Source of the DNA: Macrostomum lignano
Taxonomy: Eukaryota
Reading direction: 5' to 3'
Length of the DNA: 64,000 nt
NCBI GenBank assembly: GCA_002269645.1
Contig: NIVC01003422.1
Location: 1-64,000, forward strand
This document shows positions 36,701 to 49,450 of the stretch, piece after piece. The translations under genes and the position numbers were made by a program. A model generated the notes under the pieces. It searched no databases. It worked only from the letters and a program-made list of their open reading frames with translations, and was not told the origin of the DNA. Numbering within the stretch: position 1 is the first letter of the stretch; every line of letters begins with the position of its first letter.

Positions 36701-39700
36701 AAAAGGAAAGTTACCCGAATGGAAAGTTACCCAAATGGAAAGTTACCCGAATGGAAAATTACCCGAACGGAAAATTACCCGAACGGAAAATTACCCGAAC
36801 GGAAAATTACCCGAACAGAAAGTTACCCGAAAGGAAAGTTACCCAAATGGAAAGTTACCCGAATGGAAAGTTACCCAAAAGGAAAGTTACCCGAATGGAA
36901 AGTTACCCAAATGGAAAGTTACCCGAATGGAAAGTTACCTGAATGGAAAGTTACCCAAAAGGAAAGTTACCCGAAAGGAAAGTTACCCGAATGGAAAGTT
37001 ACCCGAATGGAAAGTTACCCGAAAGGAAAGTTACCCGAAAGGAAAGTTACCCAAATGGAAAGTTACCCGAATGGAAAGTTACCCAAATGGAAAGTTACCC
37101 GAATGGAAAGTTACCCGAATGGAAAGTTACCCGAAAGGAAAGTTACCCAAATGGAAAGCTACCAAAATAGAAAGTTACCCAAATGGAAAGTTACCCAAAA
37201 GGAAAGTTACCCGAATGGAAAGTTACCCGAATGGAAAGTTACCCGAATGGAAAGCTACCAAAATAGAAAGTTACCCAAATGGAAAGTTACCCAAAAGGAA
37301 AGTTACCCGAATGGAAAGTTACCCGAATGGAAAGTTACCCGAATGGAAAGTTACCCGAATGGAAAGTTACAATTTCTATTCCAGCTACCTAAACTAACCA
37401 GGTGCCAAATAAAGGCCAGCTAAATTTAGCATTCCGTGTCGCCCCCCCCCATTGGCAAAAAGGAGACGGAAAGACCAGGACAAGAGCCTTCCTTTCTTCA
37501 ATGCCCTTTTCTCCTTCGAAAATAGGCACCCCAGTTCGAATGTCGCCGAACCCGCCCCCCCCCCCAGAACCCTGTCGCTATCCGCCAGTCAGTCCTTGTG
37601 TCAGGTAAAAATTCTAACCAATTTCCATCTCCAACCCGGGTGAACCAACGGGCCATTCTAGGGCTAACAAGAGGACCAACGAATTAAGGAAGAAAATTGG
37701 GAATCCAAATGAATGGTGAAAAAATCTGATTTTTGACGAACTGGCTGGACAAGGCTGTTTGGGAAAGTGCAAACAGGATTTTATTGAGATGAAATTCAAT
37801 CCAATTACTCTAATCAGTCACTCTAATCAGTCACTCTAATCAGTCACTCTAATCAGTCACTCTAATCAGTCACTCTAATCAGTCACTCTAATCAGTCACT
37901 CTAATCAGTCACTCTAATCAGTGACTCCACCAGAGCACTCGCCCTCAAGCTCCCACTAACACAGCCAGCCCCGCCGTCGCCCGCAGGTGTCATGAAGGAC
38001 GAAGGCGTGTTCTGGATCATGTACGCCCTCGCCAGGCTGTTCCTGCAGGACAACAACTGGTCGCTGCCAGCCCACTGGGGTCAGCCGAGGTCACCAGCGG
38101 GCTCCCGGCCGCAGGCATTCGAGCACGACCCCTACAACCTGGTCGCGCAGTACTTCACCCTCAGCAACAACATCAACGACAGGCTGGTGGACTCCGTGGC
38201 CTTCGAATACCAGGTGCCCTCGAAGCAGTTCGGCTTCGAGCACTGGACCAGCGAGGACGTGCTCAACGCATTCGACGATCTGACCAGCGACCGAAGCTTC
38301 AAGTGCCCGACAATGGACTTCGCCGATAATTACACTGACCGGCTGCTAGAGCTGGGAGACAGAGTGCACAAGCTGTGGGTGTACACCTTCAACCACAGGA
38401 CCGAGCAGCTGCCGCTGCCCGCCTGGACCGGAGCGATGCACGGCTACGAGCTGGAGTACATCTTCGGCATGCCGTTCGATGCCGAGTTCCAGCGGAAATT
38501 CTACGCCTTCAGCGACCTGGAGAGAACGCTGAGTGAGGACGTCATCCGGTTCTGGTCGAACTTCGCCAAGACAGGGTGAGTTTTGGGGAGGGTTACAGGA
38601 AGGAGGGCCGCGGTAAGACTCCGAAATAAATAGGAAAGAGGGCAGTTATTGTGGGTGAGCCTCAGGAATAAACAGGAAGGAGGGCAATTATGGTGGGTGA
38701 GCCTCAGGAATAAACAGGAAGGAGGGCAATTATGGTGGGTGAGCCTCAGGAATAAACAGGAAGGAGGGCAATTATGGTGGGTGAGCCTCAGGAATAAACA
38801 GGAAGGAGGGCAATTATGGTGGGTGAGCCTCAGGAATAAACAGGAAGGAGGGCAATTATGGTGGGTGAGCCTCAGGAATAAACAGGAAGGAGGGCAATTA
38901 TGGTGGGTGAGCCTCAGGAATAAACAGGAAGGAGGGCAATGGTGGATGAGCCTCAGAAATAAACAGGAAGGAGGGCAATTATGGTGGGTGAGCCTCAGGA
39001 ATAAACAGGAAGGAGGGCAATGGTGGATGAGCCTCAGGAATAAACAGGAAGGAGGGCAATTATGGTGAGTGAGCCTCGGAAATAAGCAGGAAGGAGGGTA
39101 GCGGTGAATCTCAGAAATAAACAGGAAGGAGGGCAATGGTGGGTGAACCTCAGAAATAAACAGGAAGGAGGGCAGCGGCGACCTCCCAAGAAGGAGAATG
39201 CCTTGATTTCAATCTAGGTGACGGATGCCTTCGAAATGGCAGTGAATAGACCGGTTTAAGGATAAGCTGAGGAAACCTTGGAATCAGTGCGACTGCTTTG
39301 AAGTGGCCCTGCCACTTCATGACAAATTCTGGGTGGTGTGAAATGCTTCTACGCTCCCCCTGTCTATAAACAAAGTATTCTATTGGCAAGCACAAGTGGA
39401 AGTGGGAATACTGAATTGATTTAGATAGTTCTGACGACCTGCTGACAATGTCAAACAACAGGCAGCTAAGTAAGCAGGAGACAATCAATAAGCAGGTGAG
39501 ACGGAGGGATTCAGCTGAGGCCACAGAAATTGATTGAAAGGAAGACAAGGTGAAATAAAGAACTCTTAGTCATTGATTGTCACATTTCTAGCGCACAAAT
39601 ATTTGATGAGTAGTCCCAACCGGGGGTCCTGGGAGGCTGTATCACCTCACCTCCCCTGTTCTCCTATTTAACCTTCAACAATTTTTATTCCCATAGCAAC

Positions 39701-42700
39701 CCAAACCAGGCCGACTCGAACTCTGGACCAGTCAAAGAGGCGTTCATGACCTGGCCGCAATACCGCAGGTACAACAGGTCGCACCTTGTGCTGGACATCA
39801 AGAGGGGCGTGAATTACGAGAAGGGCAGCAACTTGAGAAGGCGGCAGTGCCAGTTCTGGCAGAGGATCGACCGAATCAGGAGGAAGATGATCGAAGAAGG
39901 TGAGAGGGCTTATGGTGCACCCACACTGTCTCTATGGTGCACCCAGCTGTCTCTATGGTGCACCCACACTGTCTCTATGGTGCACCCAGCTGTCTCTATG
40001 GTGCACCCAGCTGTCTCTATGGTGCACCCACACTGTCTCTATGGTGCATCCACACCGTCTCCAAAAGCCAAAATTTCTGTTTTAAGATCCCTGCGATTTG
40101 ATGGCTTAATTGATGGAGCTCAATTACGGTGACAAACGCTCTGCTTCCACAAGCATCTCAACTGCCACATGCAATGAACAAAAGAAACACGCGGCCGCCT
40201 ACGCTATTTAAGGCTTTCGCAACCCGTAAGCTCAGATTTCAAAAACCAGCGGTTGCCGAGTTCTCACGGTTGCTTGACGGCAACACTACGTGACCCCCCC
40301 CCTGTCCCACACGCAGCCAGCTTCCTTCATCTGACTTAGCAGTCTCCGGGTCACGCAGTTGTCCCTTGGAGACTTCAGTCTCTTCTCTCTTCTCTCCATT
40401 CTTCTTTCTTGCCAACCCCCGCCCCTCACCATATCGCTTTACAACGCAAATCTTCGGATTGCTGAATCATCTTTCCTACTGAGCTTCCGATTTCTTAGAA
40501 TGAGGATTTTGCTTTTAATCCGGATCTGCTGAATTTGAATCAAGAATATCTTTTCTCTTTTCAGCCTACTCTGTATCATAATCTGCTTTGTGGAGTCACA
40601 CTGCTCTGTGAGGAGTCACACTGCTCTGCGGGGGAGTCACACTGCTCTGCGGGGGAGTCACACTGCTCTGTGGGGGAGTCACACTGCTCTGTGGGGGAGT
40701 CACACTGCTCTGCGGGGGAGTCACACTGCTCTGCGGGGGAGTCACACTGCTCTGCGGGGGAGTCACACTGCTCTGCAGGGGAGTCACACTGCTCTGCGGG
40801 GGAGTCACACTGCTCTGCGGGGGAGTCACACTGCTCTGCGGGGGAGTCACACTGCTCTGTGGGGGAGTCACACTGCTCTGCGGGGGAGTCACACTGCTCT
40901 GCGGGGGAGTCACACTGCTCTGCGGGGGAGTCACACTGCTCTGCGGGGGAGTCACACTGCTCTGCGGGGGAGTCACACTGCTCTGCGGGGGAGTGACACT
41001 GCTCTGTGGGAGACACATTGGTCTGTGGGGAGTCACACTGGTCTGTGGGGTGTCACACTGGTCTGTGGGGAGTCACACTGGTCTGTGGGAGTCACACTGG
41101 TCTTTGGGAGTCACACTGGTTTAAGTGGAGTCACACTGGTCTTTGGGAGTCACACTGGTTTAAGTGGAGTCACACTGGTTTGGGGAGAGTCACATTGGTC
41201 TGTGGGGAGTCACATTGATATGGGCAATCTGCAATACATATGACAATACATATGATATACTTATTTTTCTATCACATGCGAGCATTACTGAGGTATCTAC
41301 AGAGACAAGAATCCACAGAAAAGAAATTCCAATGCAGGCACAGGCACAAACCCAGGCACACACACAGGCACAAATCTAAGCACAAACACATGCACAGACA
41401 CAGGCACAGACACAGACACACACAGGCACACACAGGCACACACACAGGCACACACACAGGCACACACAGGCACACACACAGGCACACACACAGGCACACA
41501 CACAGGCACACACAGGCACACACACAGACACACACAGGCACACACACAGGCACACATAGGCACACACAGACACACACAGGCACACACAGGCACACACAGG
41601 CACACACAGGCACACACACAGGCACACACAGGCACACACACAGGCACACATAGGCACACACAGACACACACAGGCACACACAGGCACACACAGGCACACA
41701 CACAGACACACACAGGCACACACACAGGCACACACAGGCACACACAGACACACACAGGCACACACACAGGCACACACAGGCACACACAGGCACACACACA
41801 GGCACACACACAGGCACACACAGGCACACACAGACACACACAGGCACACACAGACACACACAGGCACACACAGGCACACACAGACACACACAGACACACA
41901 CAGGCACACACAGGCACACACAGACACACAGGCACACACAGGCACACACAGGCACACACAGGCACACACACAGGCACACACACACACACACACACAGGCA
42001 CACACACAGGCACACACAGACACACTTGTCCCGAACCAAAGTTCACCCAAAGTTTGTTGCGAGGGGAGCACAGGGAAGGGAGTGGCGTTGCGATTGATCC
42101 CATCTCCCTGCCAGAGGGGGGGGGGCAGCTGAGCAAGGCCTGGAGACTCCGTGGCCGCAGCGCCAGTTGCTCAAGTGTGTTATGATCTAAATTTAGATGC
42201 ACACGCGAATATCGATATCGGGAGTTTGCGGTTCGGGCGGATGATGTCCAGCAGCAGGCCGATGCTGGCGTGCCCGTCACCCGCTTCCAACGTGTTTTCA
42301 CTGCTGGCAGCGGCGAGGTGGGGACGGGACTGACGCCCCAAGCAAGCCAGCAGCTCAGACCTTGAGATCAAATCGAGCCCCGACAAGCAGGTCTCGTTTA
42401 GCGCCAGAAAAAAGCATAATGATTTTTTCTAGGGATAAATTTAGAAAAACAGCTGGTGGGAGGCAGGAAAAAACTTCTGAGTAGAAAATGGACGTTAGGC
42501 CAAGAGAGGAGAGAAAAATGAAGACGAAGGAGAGGAGAGGAGAGGAGAGGAGAGGAGAGGAGAGGAGAGGAGAGGAGAGGAGAGGAGAGGAGAGGAGAGG
42601 AGAGGAGAGGAGAGGAGAGGAGAGGAGAGGAGAGGAGAGGAGAGGAGAGGAGAGGAGAGGAGAGGAGAGGAGAGGAGAGGAGAGGAGAGGAGAGGAAAAT

Positions 42701-44691
42701 AGAGGGGAGGAGAGGAAAATAGAGGGGAGGAGAGGAAAATAGAGGGGAGAAGAAGATATTGAGGGAGAAAGATTTCAGAGATAGACAGACTTAGGGGCGC
42801 CCTCATCAGGGGCAGTAAGGTGGCAGGAGTCCAGCAAACAGAGAGAACAGACACACAAAGTCAGAGTTGCAGAGCTGCAGCGGCAGGCAAATTGTGTTTT
42901 CTCGCTCAAATCGAATATCCGAGGGCTGGCCTCCTTCTGTAAGCTCTTTATCCCCCTCTGCTGCAGCGCCCAGGACCAGCCACCCAAACAAGTTGTGTGT
43001 TTTTTCTAGCGCCTCTTCAAGGAAGCACGGCCAGCGTAGCTGTGCGAAACTCGATTTTGTGCTGTGCAGTGCGTGCGCACCGAACTGATGGGCGAACTCA
43101 CTTCAGGGATCCAAAACAGCTTGGAATTGAGAATAGAAAAGCGAAATACTTGTGAAAACTCCCACACTGACTCAAATTGACCTTCTTTAAGAAGACTGTT
43201 GAACCTCCAGATCCTAAATGACCCCCTTTTGAAGGACCGTCAACCCTCCAGATCCTAAATGACCCCCTTTTGAAGGACCGTCAACCCTCCAGATCCTAAA
43301 TGACCCCCTTTTGAAGGACCGTCAACCCTCCAGATCCTAAATGACCCCCTTTTGAAGGACTCTCGATCCTCCAGATCCTAAATGACCCCCTTTCGAACTT
43401 TAGCTCCCCTCAATCTTGAATGACCGCTTTAGCATGCACTTTTAGCCTCCCGGAACCTTAACAATTCCAGTATGAGGGATTTCTCCCGCACTCTATTATC
43501 CTTAGAGATCCTTATTACTGAAAGCTCGGGACAGAAAGCAGCGCCGGACCCAGGGCTCAGAGTTTCCCCAGTCACCTCCCCGCTGAGCAAGTCGATAAAT
43601 TCGAATTTGAAATGTTTGCACTGGAATCGCGTGGGAGTGGGCGGGGAGAGGAGAGACGAGAGAGAGGGGGAAGAGGGGAGTTGCTGGGGCTGGGGGGACT
43701 TGGGGCTGGGGGGGGGACTCGGGGCTGGGCCTTATCAATTGCCGACTGTAATGAAGTGACGAAGCGACTTCCCAGTCTCCCCGAGAGGCTTTCCCAGAAA
43801 GTGAAATAGTTCTCGTCATTATCAACATTGGCCGACTTAATCTGGCGCGTTAAGGGGCACAGGGGGATCAGAGCTGGAGACATGATGAATGTCTGCAAAA
43901 TATCAAATAGACTCGCACAGTTTTATAGCCAGGTATTAAGTATATTATTTTACATGGCCAATATTTGCAGAACAGCTGATGCTAAACCGTTAGCGATAGG
44001 GTTTAAAAAATCACAAAAACTGTCAGATGTGATTTATTGATTGGGAGCTCAAATTTAATTAGAAGACTCTGAGCGGGTAATCGCGGCAACTTCATTGAAG
44101 ATAACTTGGGAGAAATTCCCCTCATGATTTCGGTATCCATGTAAGAAATTCTCCCATGATTTATGTGCAAACTTAACGAAAAATCCCCCCATTCTCATCT
44201 GTCTATCCTTGCGAGAAATTCCCCTTGTTTATCTACGCATCCTTGCGAGAAATTCCCCTTGTTTATCTACGCATCCTTGCGAGAAATTCCCTTTGTTTAT
44301 CTACGCATCCTTGCGAGAAATTCCCCCTTTTTATCTAGGCATCCTTGCAAGAAATTCCCCTTGTTTATCTAAGCATTCTTGCGAGAAATTCCCCTTGTTT
44401 ATCTAAGCATTCTTGCGAGAAATTCCCTTTGTTTATCTACGCATCCTTGCGAGAAATCCCCCTTGTTTATCTACGCATCCTTGCGAGAAATTCCCTTTAT
44501 TTATCTATCTAGGCATCCTTGTGAGAAATTCCTCTTGTTTATCTACGCCTGACCTGTTTGCAGGCAAATGGTGCCCCAAGACGGTTGTCAGCGGATCTGC
44601 TGTCACCGCCGTCACGGCGCCGCCTTCGTGGACACCGGGGCTCGCCGCAGCGGCCTCGACCTGGCTGCTGGTCCTGACCGCGACAGCCTAA
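33729..44691 (+). CDS. ACHE: Acetylcholinesterase / cholinesterase, ~734 aa, probable GPI-anchored form; exons 33729-34217, 34492-34814, 35320-35792, 37987-38575, 39697-39899, 44564-44691
   Basis: Signal peptide ([13 protein letters not shown]); [14 protein letters not shown]; MWW...[10 protein letters not shown]; GESAG (Ser codon 35363); KDEG (Glu codon 38001); [11 protein letters not shown] (His codon 38439); CQFW. The last exon has a Cys, small residues and a hydrophobic tail. Splice phases match (0,2,1,2,1); total 2205 nt = 735 codons. The last exon and the exon-1 donor are less certain. Confidence 0.92.
34228..34435. repeat. 9/18-bp repeat (CATCCCCTG / CATCCACTGCATCTCCAG) in AChE intron 1
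   Basis: Tandem array starting ~10 nt after the donor. Confidence 0.9.
34875..35272. repeat. 18-bp minisatellite (CCTCACTCCCTGCCCCAC) in AChE intron 2
   Basis: About 21 near-identical copies; G-run-rich on the minus strand. Confidence 0.95.
35857..37368. repeat. 16-bp minisatellite (TTACCCGAATGGAAAG) in AChE intron 3
   Basis: About 90 variant copies; explains the long spurious ORFs at 36037-37423. Confidence 0.96.
37805..37925. repeat. 13-bp repeat (CACTCTAATCAGT) x9 before AChE exon 4
   Basis: Perfect tandem copies. Confidence 0.95.
38635..39175. repeat. 42-bp minisatellite (GAGCCTCAGGAATAAACAGGAAGGAGGGCAATTATGGTGGGT) in AChE intron 4
   Basis: About 12 head-to-tail copies, no spacers. 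Confidence 0.95.
39910..40050. repeat. 21-23-bp repeat (GTCTCTATGGTGCACCCAGCT) at the start of AChE intron 5
   Basis: About 6 copies starting ~10 nt after the donor. Confidence 0.9.
40590..41215. repeat. 21-bp minisatellite (GGGGGAGTCACACTGCTCTGC)
   Basis: Tandem array decaying at its 3' end. Confidence 0.95.
41335..42025. repeat. CA-based compound microsatellite (CAGGCACACA / CAGGCACACACA)
   Basis: Tandem array. Confidence 0.95.
42530..42750. repeat. (GGAGA)n pentamer microsatellite
   Basis: Perfect run followed by variants. Confidence 0.95.
43200..43390. repeat. 40-bp repeat (CCTCCAGATCCTAAATGACCCCCTTTTGAAGGACCGTCAA), ~5 copies
   Basis: Tandem copies. Confidence 0.9.
44200..44545. repeat. 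34-35-bp minisatellite (GAGAAATTCCCCTTGTTTATCTACGCATCCTTGC) ending at the acceptor of the last AChE exon
   Basis: About 10 copies. Confidence 0.92.
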
Positions 44692-44924
44692 GCGGCAATC
44701 GGCAGACCACTGCTTTTATTACATAACCCATTTAGACTTATTAATATTATAACTAGGACTAACTTTAAATAGACTTTATCTACAATTTGCTATTTGTTTT
44801 CAGTCTGTCAATTCGATGTTAAGCCTGTTGTCCATTTTGTTGCTTTAGTCCGATGTTTCTTGATATGCAGAGCTCAGAGACTTTTGTACATTAGGTATGT
44901 ACAGTGGGAGATGTAGGGATGCGG

Positions 44925-45428
44925 GAGATGCGGGAGAATAGGGAGATGCTACAGTGGATAATGAGATGCTGCAGTGGATAAGGGAGATGCTACAGTGGAT
45001 AAGGGAGATGCTACAGTGGATAATGAGATGCTGCAGTGGATAAGGGAGATGCTACAGTGGATAGGGGAGATGCTACAGTGGATAGGGGAGATGCTATAGT
45101 GGATAGGGGAGATGCTACAGTGGATAGGGGAGATGCTACAGTGGATAAGGGAGATGTTACAGTGGATAGGGGAGATGCTACAGTGGATAGGGGAGATGCT
45201 ACAGTGGATAGGGGAGATGCTACAGTGGATAGGGGAGATGCTACAGTGGATAGGGGAGATGCTACAGTGGATAGGGGAGATGCTATAGTGGATAGGGGAG
45301 ATGCTATAGTGGATAGGGGAGATGCTATAGTGGATAGGGGAGATGCTACAGTGGATAGGGGAGATGCTACAGTGGATAGGGGAGATGCTACAGTGGATAG
45401 GGGAGATGCTACAGTGGATAGGGGAGAT
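44925..45428. repeat. 21-bp minisatellite (GGATAGGGGAGATGCTACAGT)
   Basis: About 23 copies. Confidence 0.95.
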
Positions 45429-46204
45429 GGTGTGGGGATTGAGTCATAGTAAGTGAGCAGTTAACTTGGCCACACACGCGAATGGCCCAATGGGGACTAA
45501 TAGCATAACTAAATCGAAAAGTAATTAAAAGTGACAGAGAGTGAAATGTCTCCCAAATTAGCTGACAATTTCTCTTCCCTACTTCATCAATCCAGCCACT
45601 CCAGTTCCAAGTACAGAAGCCAATTAAAAATGTATTCGAGAGAAATTACCACCGCTGAGCATCTGGACTGAAGCAAATAATAAAAATGTCGGACTAATAA
45701 TACTACTCACCGATTCGCCTGATCAGTAGTTTAAATGATGAATACTCATTCGTTAATCAATTTCCTGTTAGTTAATCTTTAATTTATTGCTTCTAATAAC
45801 TGTAAATGCCTAGTGATACTATACCAATTTAACTGTAAACTGCCCAAACTGTTAAAAGCTTTTAATTGAAATTCACCTGCCAAAAGCCAAGTCTCCCGCA
45901 GGCCCAGAGCAATCAATTCATGTCCACCCAAAACAGGTGAGGAAACTAGCATTGGCTGGAAAAAATGTTACAATTTATCAATCATCAATATTGGCGAAAT
46001 ATACGAACCAATTAACTATTGCTTCTTTGCAGCTTATTATTCGAAATTTATCAATTTAATATTTCGATTCGCTAATTAACTACTTGATTAGACCAGTAGA
46101 CCACAGAACTTACACAGAATGCTCAATCAGTCTATGTATATGACTCCGAAATGCAAGTTCTGTGCAAGAGACAGAGGATTGACCGATATTACGAGTATAT
46201 ACTG

Positions 46205-47190
46205 AATGTACACGGGGGACAGCGGGGGCTGACTAATGGAATGTACACAAGTGACAGTGGGGGGCTGACTAATACAATGTACAGAAGGGACAGTGGGGGG
46301 CTGACTAATACAATGTACAGAAGGGACAGTGGGGGCTAACTAATACAATGTACAGAAGGGACAGTGGGGGGCTGACTAATACAATGTACAGAAGGGACAG
46401 TGGGGGCTGACTAATACAATGTACAGAAGGGAGAGGGCTGACTAATTCAATGTACAGAAGGGACAGTGGGGGCTGACTAATACAATGTACAGAAGGGACA
46501 GTGGGGAGCTGACTGACTAATACAATGTACAGAAGGGACAGTGGGGGGCTGACTAATACAATGTACAGAAGGGACAGTGGGGGGGCTAACTGATACAATG
46601 TGACGTGTTGGGGGGTTGTCGCTGACTGGCTAGCTATTAAACTTTGACTCATTTTGTACCCTGCTTTCCATGCCAAGCGTGCACCCCACTCATGCGTACA
46701 TAACGTACTTTCTACTCTAAATTTTATCGATAACTCAAATATCGTTTTATACCACTTCGTATTTAAATAACTGAAACTAGCTTTTCTTCGTTGTGATTTT
46801 CTTACTCAGCAAATATATCAGTTCGCTGCATTATCGTTCAAACTAAAACAAGTCTTGTCCGCGTCGCGTCACAATGTACAGAAGGGACAATGGGGGGCTG
46901 ACTAATGGAATGTAAACAAGGGAGAGAGGCTGACTAATATAATACACATGGGAGACAGAGGGGGGTGACTGATAGAATGTACACGGGGACAGAGGGGGGT
47001 GACTAATAGAATGTACACGGAGACAGAGGGGGGAGGGGGGTGACTAAAAGAATGTACACGGAGACAGAGGGGGTGACTAATAGAATGTACACGGGAGACA
47101 GAGGGGGCTGACTAATAGAATGCACACGGGAGACAGAGGGGGGTGACTAATAGAATGTACACGGGGGACAGAGGGGACTGACTAATAGAA
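46205..47190. repeat. ~34-36-bp minisatellite (GACTAATACAATGTACAGAAGGGACAGTGGGGGGCT) split by an insertion
   Basis: Array on both sides of 46601-46871. Confidence 0.9.
46601..46871. mobile_element. Candidate solo LTR, 271 bp
   Basis: TG...CA termini with short inverted ends (TGACG / CGTCA) and a 5-bp TSD CAATG (46596-46600, 46872-46876). Removing the insert and one CAATG restores the minisatellite unit TACAATGTACAG. Confidence 0.7.
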
Positions 47191-47761
47191 TGCACACAAA
47201 GGCATAACCGATGGCCAAGGTTATGTCGACAATAAAACTTCAATTCAATAGTAAATAAAATGAAAAGGTAAGAACTTAGAACACCCCAGCCAGCCGTTAG
47301 AATTTCAGATATTTTTCTACCAAACGGCAGCACACAAAACTGTAAATATAGTGCCAAGAGCATTAAGAGAGAGCCAGAACGGGCACCGTCAAAGCCAAGA
47401 CCGAGGGCCCACCAGGCTCCGGGGTAACTTGTCCATGGATCGATCATTGTAGTTTATTTGAATTTCATATAGTTTCACCGAAAGTCGCGCACAAAATGGA
47501 TCGAGAGTGAATAGCTAGTTAATAGGCAATAAATTAATAAAACAGGCCGACGGGCGGATAAAAAACACACAGACAGACAAAGCATAGCCTGCCTGCACAA
47601 TCAGAAAGTACAATTGAATAAATATGAACTATAGCTTGATTTTACTGGCGGCTTATAAAAATTGTAAAAAAGATCTTTAACAAAACCTACAGGACACAAC
47701 ACACGCAACGATTGTGAGAGTCCTATTACATGATGGACACAACCCTGCACCCCCACTACAA

Positions 47762-48070
47762 CATGATTGGCTGTTGCTCATCAACCTCAAACCCCACACT
47801 GCCACCTGATTGGCTGTTGCTCATCAACCTCAAACCCCACAACCCACACTGCCACCTGATTGGCTGTCGCTCAACAACCTGAAACCGCCACACCTCAAAC
47901 TGCCACCTGATTGGCTGTCGCTCAACAACCTCAAACCCCCACACCCCACACTGCCACCTGATTGGCTGTTGCTCATCAACCTCAAACCCCCACACCCCAC
48001 ACTGCCACCTGATTGGCTGTCGCTCAACAACCTCAAAACCCCCACTGCCACCTGATTGGTCAACCTCAAA
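47762..48070. repeat. ~51-bp minisatellite (CCACCTGATTGGCTGTTGCTCATCAACCTCAAACCCCCACACCCCACACTG)
   Basis: About 6-7 variant copies. Confidence 0.88.
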
Positions 48071-48879
48071 CCCTCATATAAAGCGATTGCGCAATAACTG
48101 ACCCTGGTTAAGCTACAAAAGAACAACAGTACATAAAACTTACTTTGTACAACACAAAGTGGCGGATTCAATCAATATAAATAAAGCAGTTTGTGCGCAA
48201 ATGTGCAGCATATAAAAAAGAGTAAACAAACCGCCTGTGAGCAAAACAGCCAAAAATTCAAGATTAAAACAACTCTTTTTAAAAAACAACGCAAACACAA
48301 CAGTTTAGGTAAAAACAAACAGTATCGTTTAATGAATTTATTATGTGCGTTTGCAACGCACAAAAAGCTGGGAAAAAACTATGGTTAAACATACACGATA
48401 AAATAGCCGCACATGTCCGAACAATATAGACATATATGCGTAGAAACTACTACTTAGTAGCATATATAAAGTCAGCCAGTGTTAAAAGTACATTGAATAC
48501 TTTCTTACCACAATCAGCCGTTCATATATGGACCAAAAGTCTGCTTTTAACTACTCACAGTAGGGCTAAGAGTTGTAGACATTTTCGTATCAAAAATTAA
48601 TTAACTCGAATATTATTGTTAAAGCTAACACTTTTACTGCGAATGTTGTCAAGTGAGCGAAAAATTAACAAGGTAAGAATTAAGCGCAATAAGAAAAACA
48701 GGACGAGTTACCGATAAAAAATATCTGTAAAATAAAACAAACTGGGTTTTAACAGTTCAATTAATCGTCAACAAGAGCAATACAAAACTATTAGTGTAGA
48801 ATTTGGAAATTAAAGCAAAAACACAATCTCAAAGCCGGACACAGCATTTTAAATCCGAAGGGCAGATCCGAAGGACAGG

Positions 48880-49450
48880 ACAGCGGAGGTCAGGAGGGTG
48901 GGGTGGCAGTCCTGAAGGTCAGTAGGGTGGGGTAGCAGTCCTGAAGGTCAGGAGGGTGGGGGTAGCGGAGGTCAGGAGGGTGGGGCAGCAGCCCTGAAGG
49001 TCAGGAGGGTGGGGGCAGCAGTCCTGAAGGTCAGGAGGGTGGGGCAGAAGCCCTGAAGATCAGGAGGGTGGGGGCAGCAGCCCAGGTCAGGAGTGTGGGG
49101 CAGCAGCTTTGAAGGTCAGGAGGGTGGGGCAGCAGCCCTGAAGGTCAGGAGGGTGGGGGCAGCAGCCCAGGTCAGGAGTGTGGGGCAGCAGCTTTGAAGG
49201 TTAGGAGGGTGGGGCAGCAGCTTTGAAGGTCAGGAGGGTGGGGCAGCAGCCCAGAAGGTCAGGAGTGTGGGGTAGCAGTCCTGAAGGTCAGGAGGGTGGG
49301 GGCAGCAGTCCTGAAAGTCAGGAGGGTGGGGCAGCAGCTTTGAAGGTCAGGAGGGTGGGGCAGCAGCCCAGAAGGTCAGGAGTGTGGGGTAGCAGTCCTG
49401 AAGGTCAGTAGGGTGGGGGCAGCAGTCCTGAAAGTCAGGAGGGTGGGGCT
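48880..49450. repeat. ~28-30-bp G-rich minisatellite (CCTGAAGGTCAGGAGGGTGGGGCAGCAG)
   Basis: Variant tandem copies downstream of the PAK stop codon. Confidence 0.9.

Noticed and set aside
36037-37423. Long ORFs (up to 424 aa) of [16 protein letters not shown] repeats
   Set aside because: Translation of a stop-poor 16-bp intronic minisatellite between AChE exons 3 and 4.
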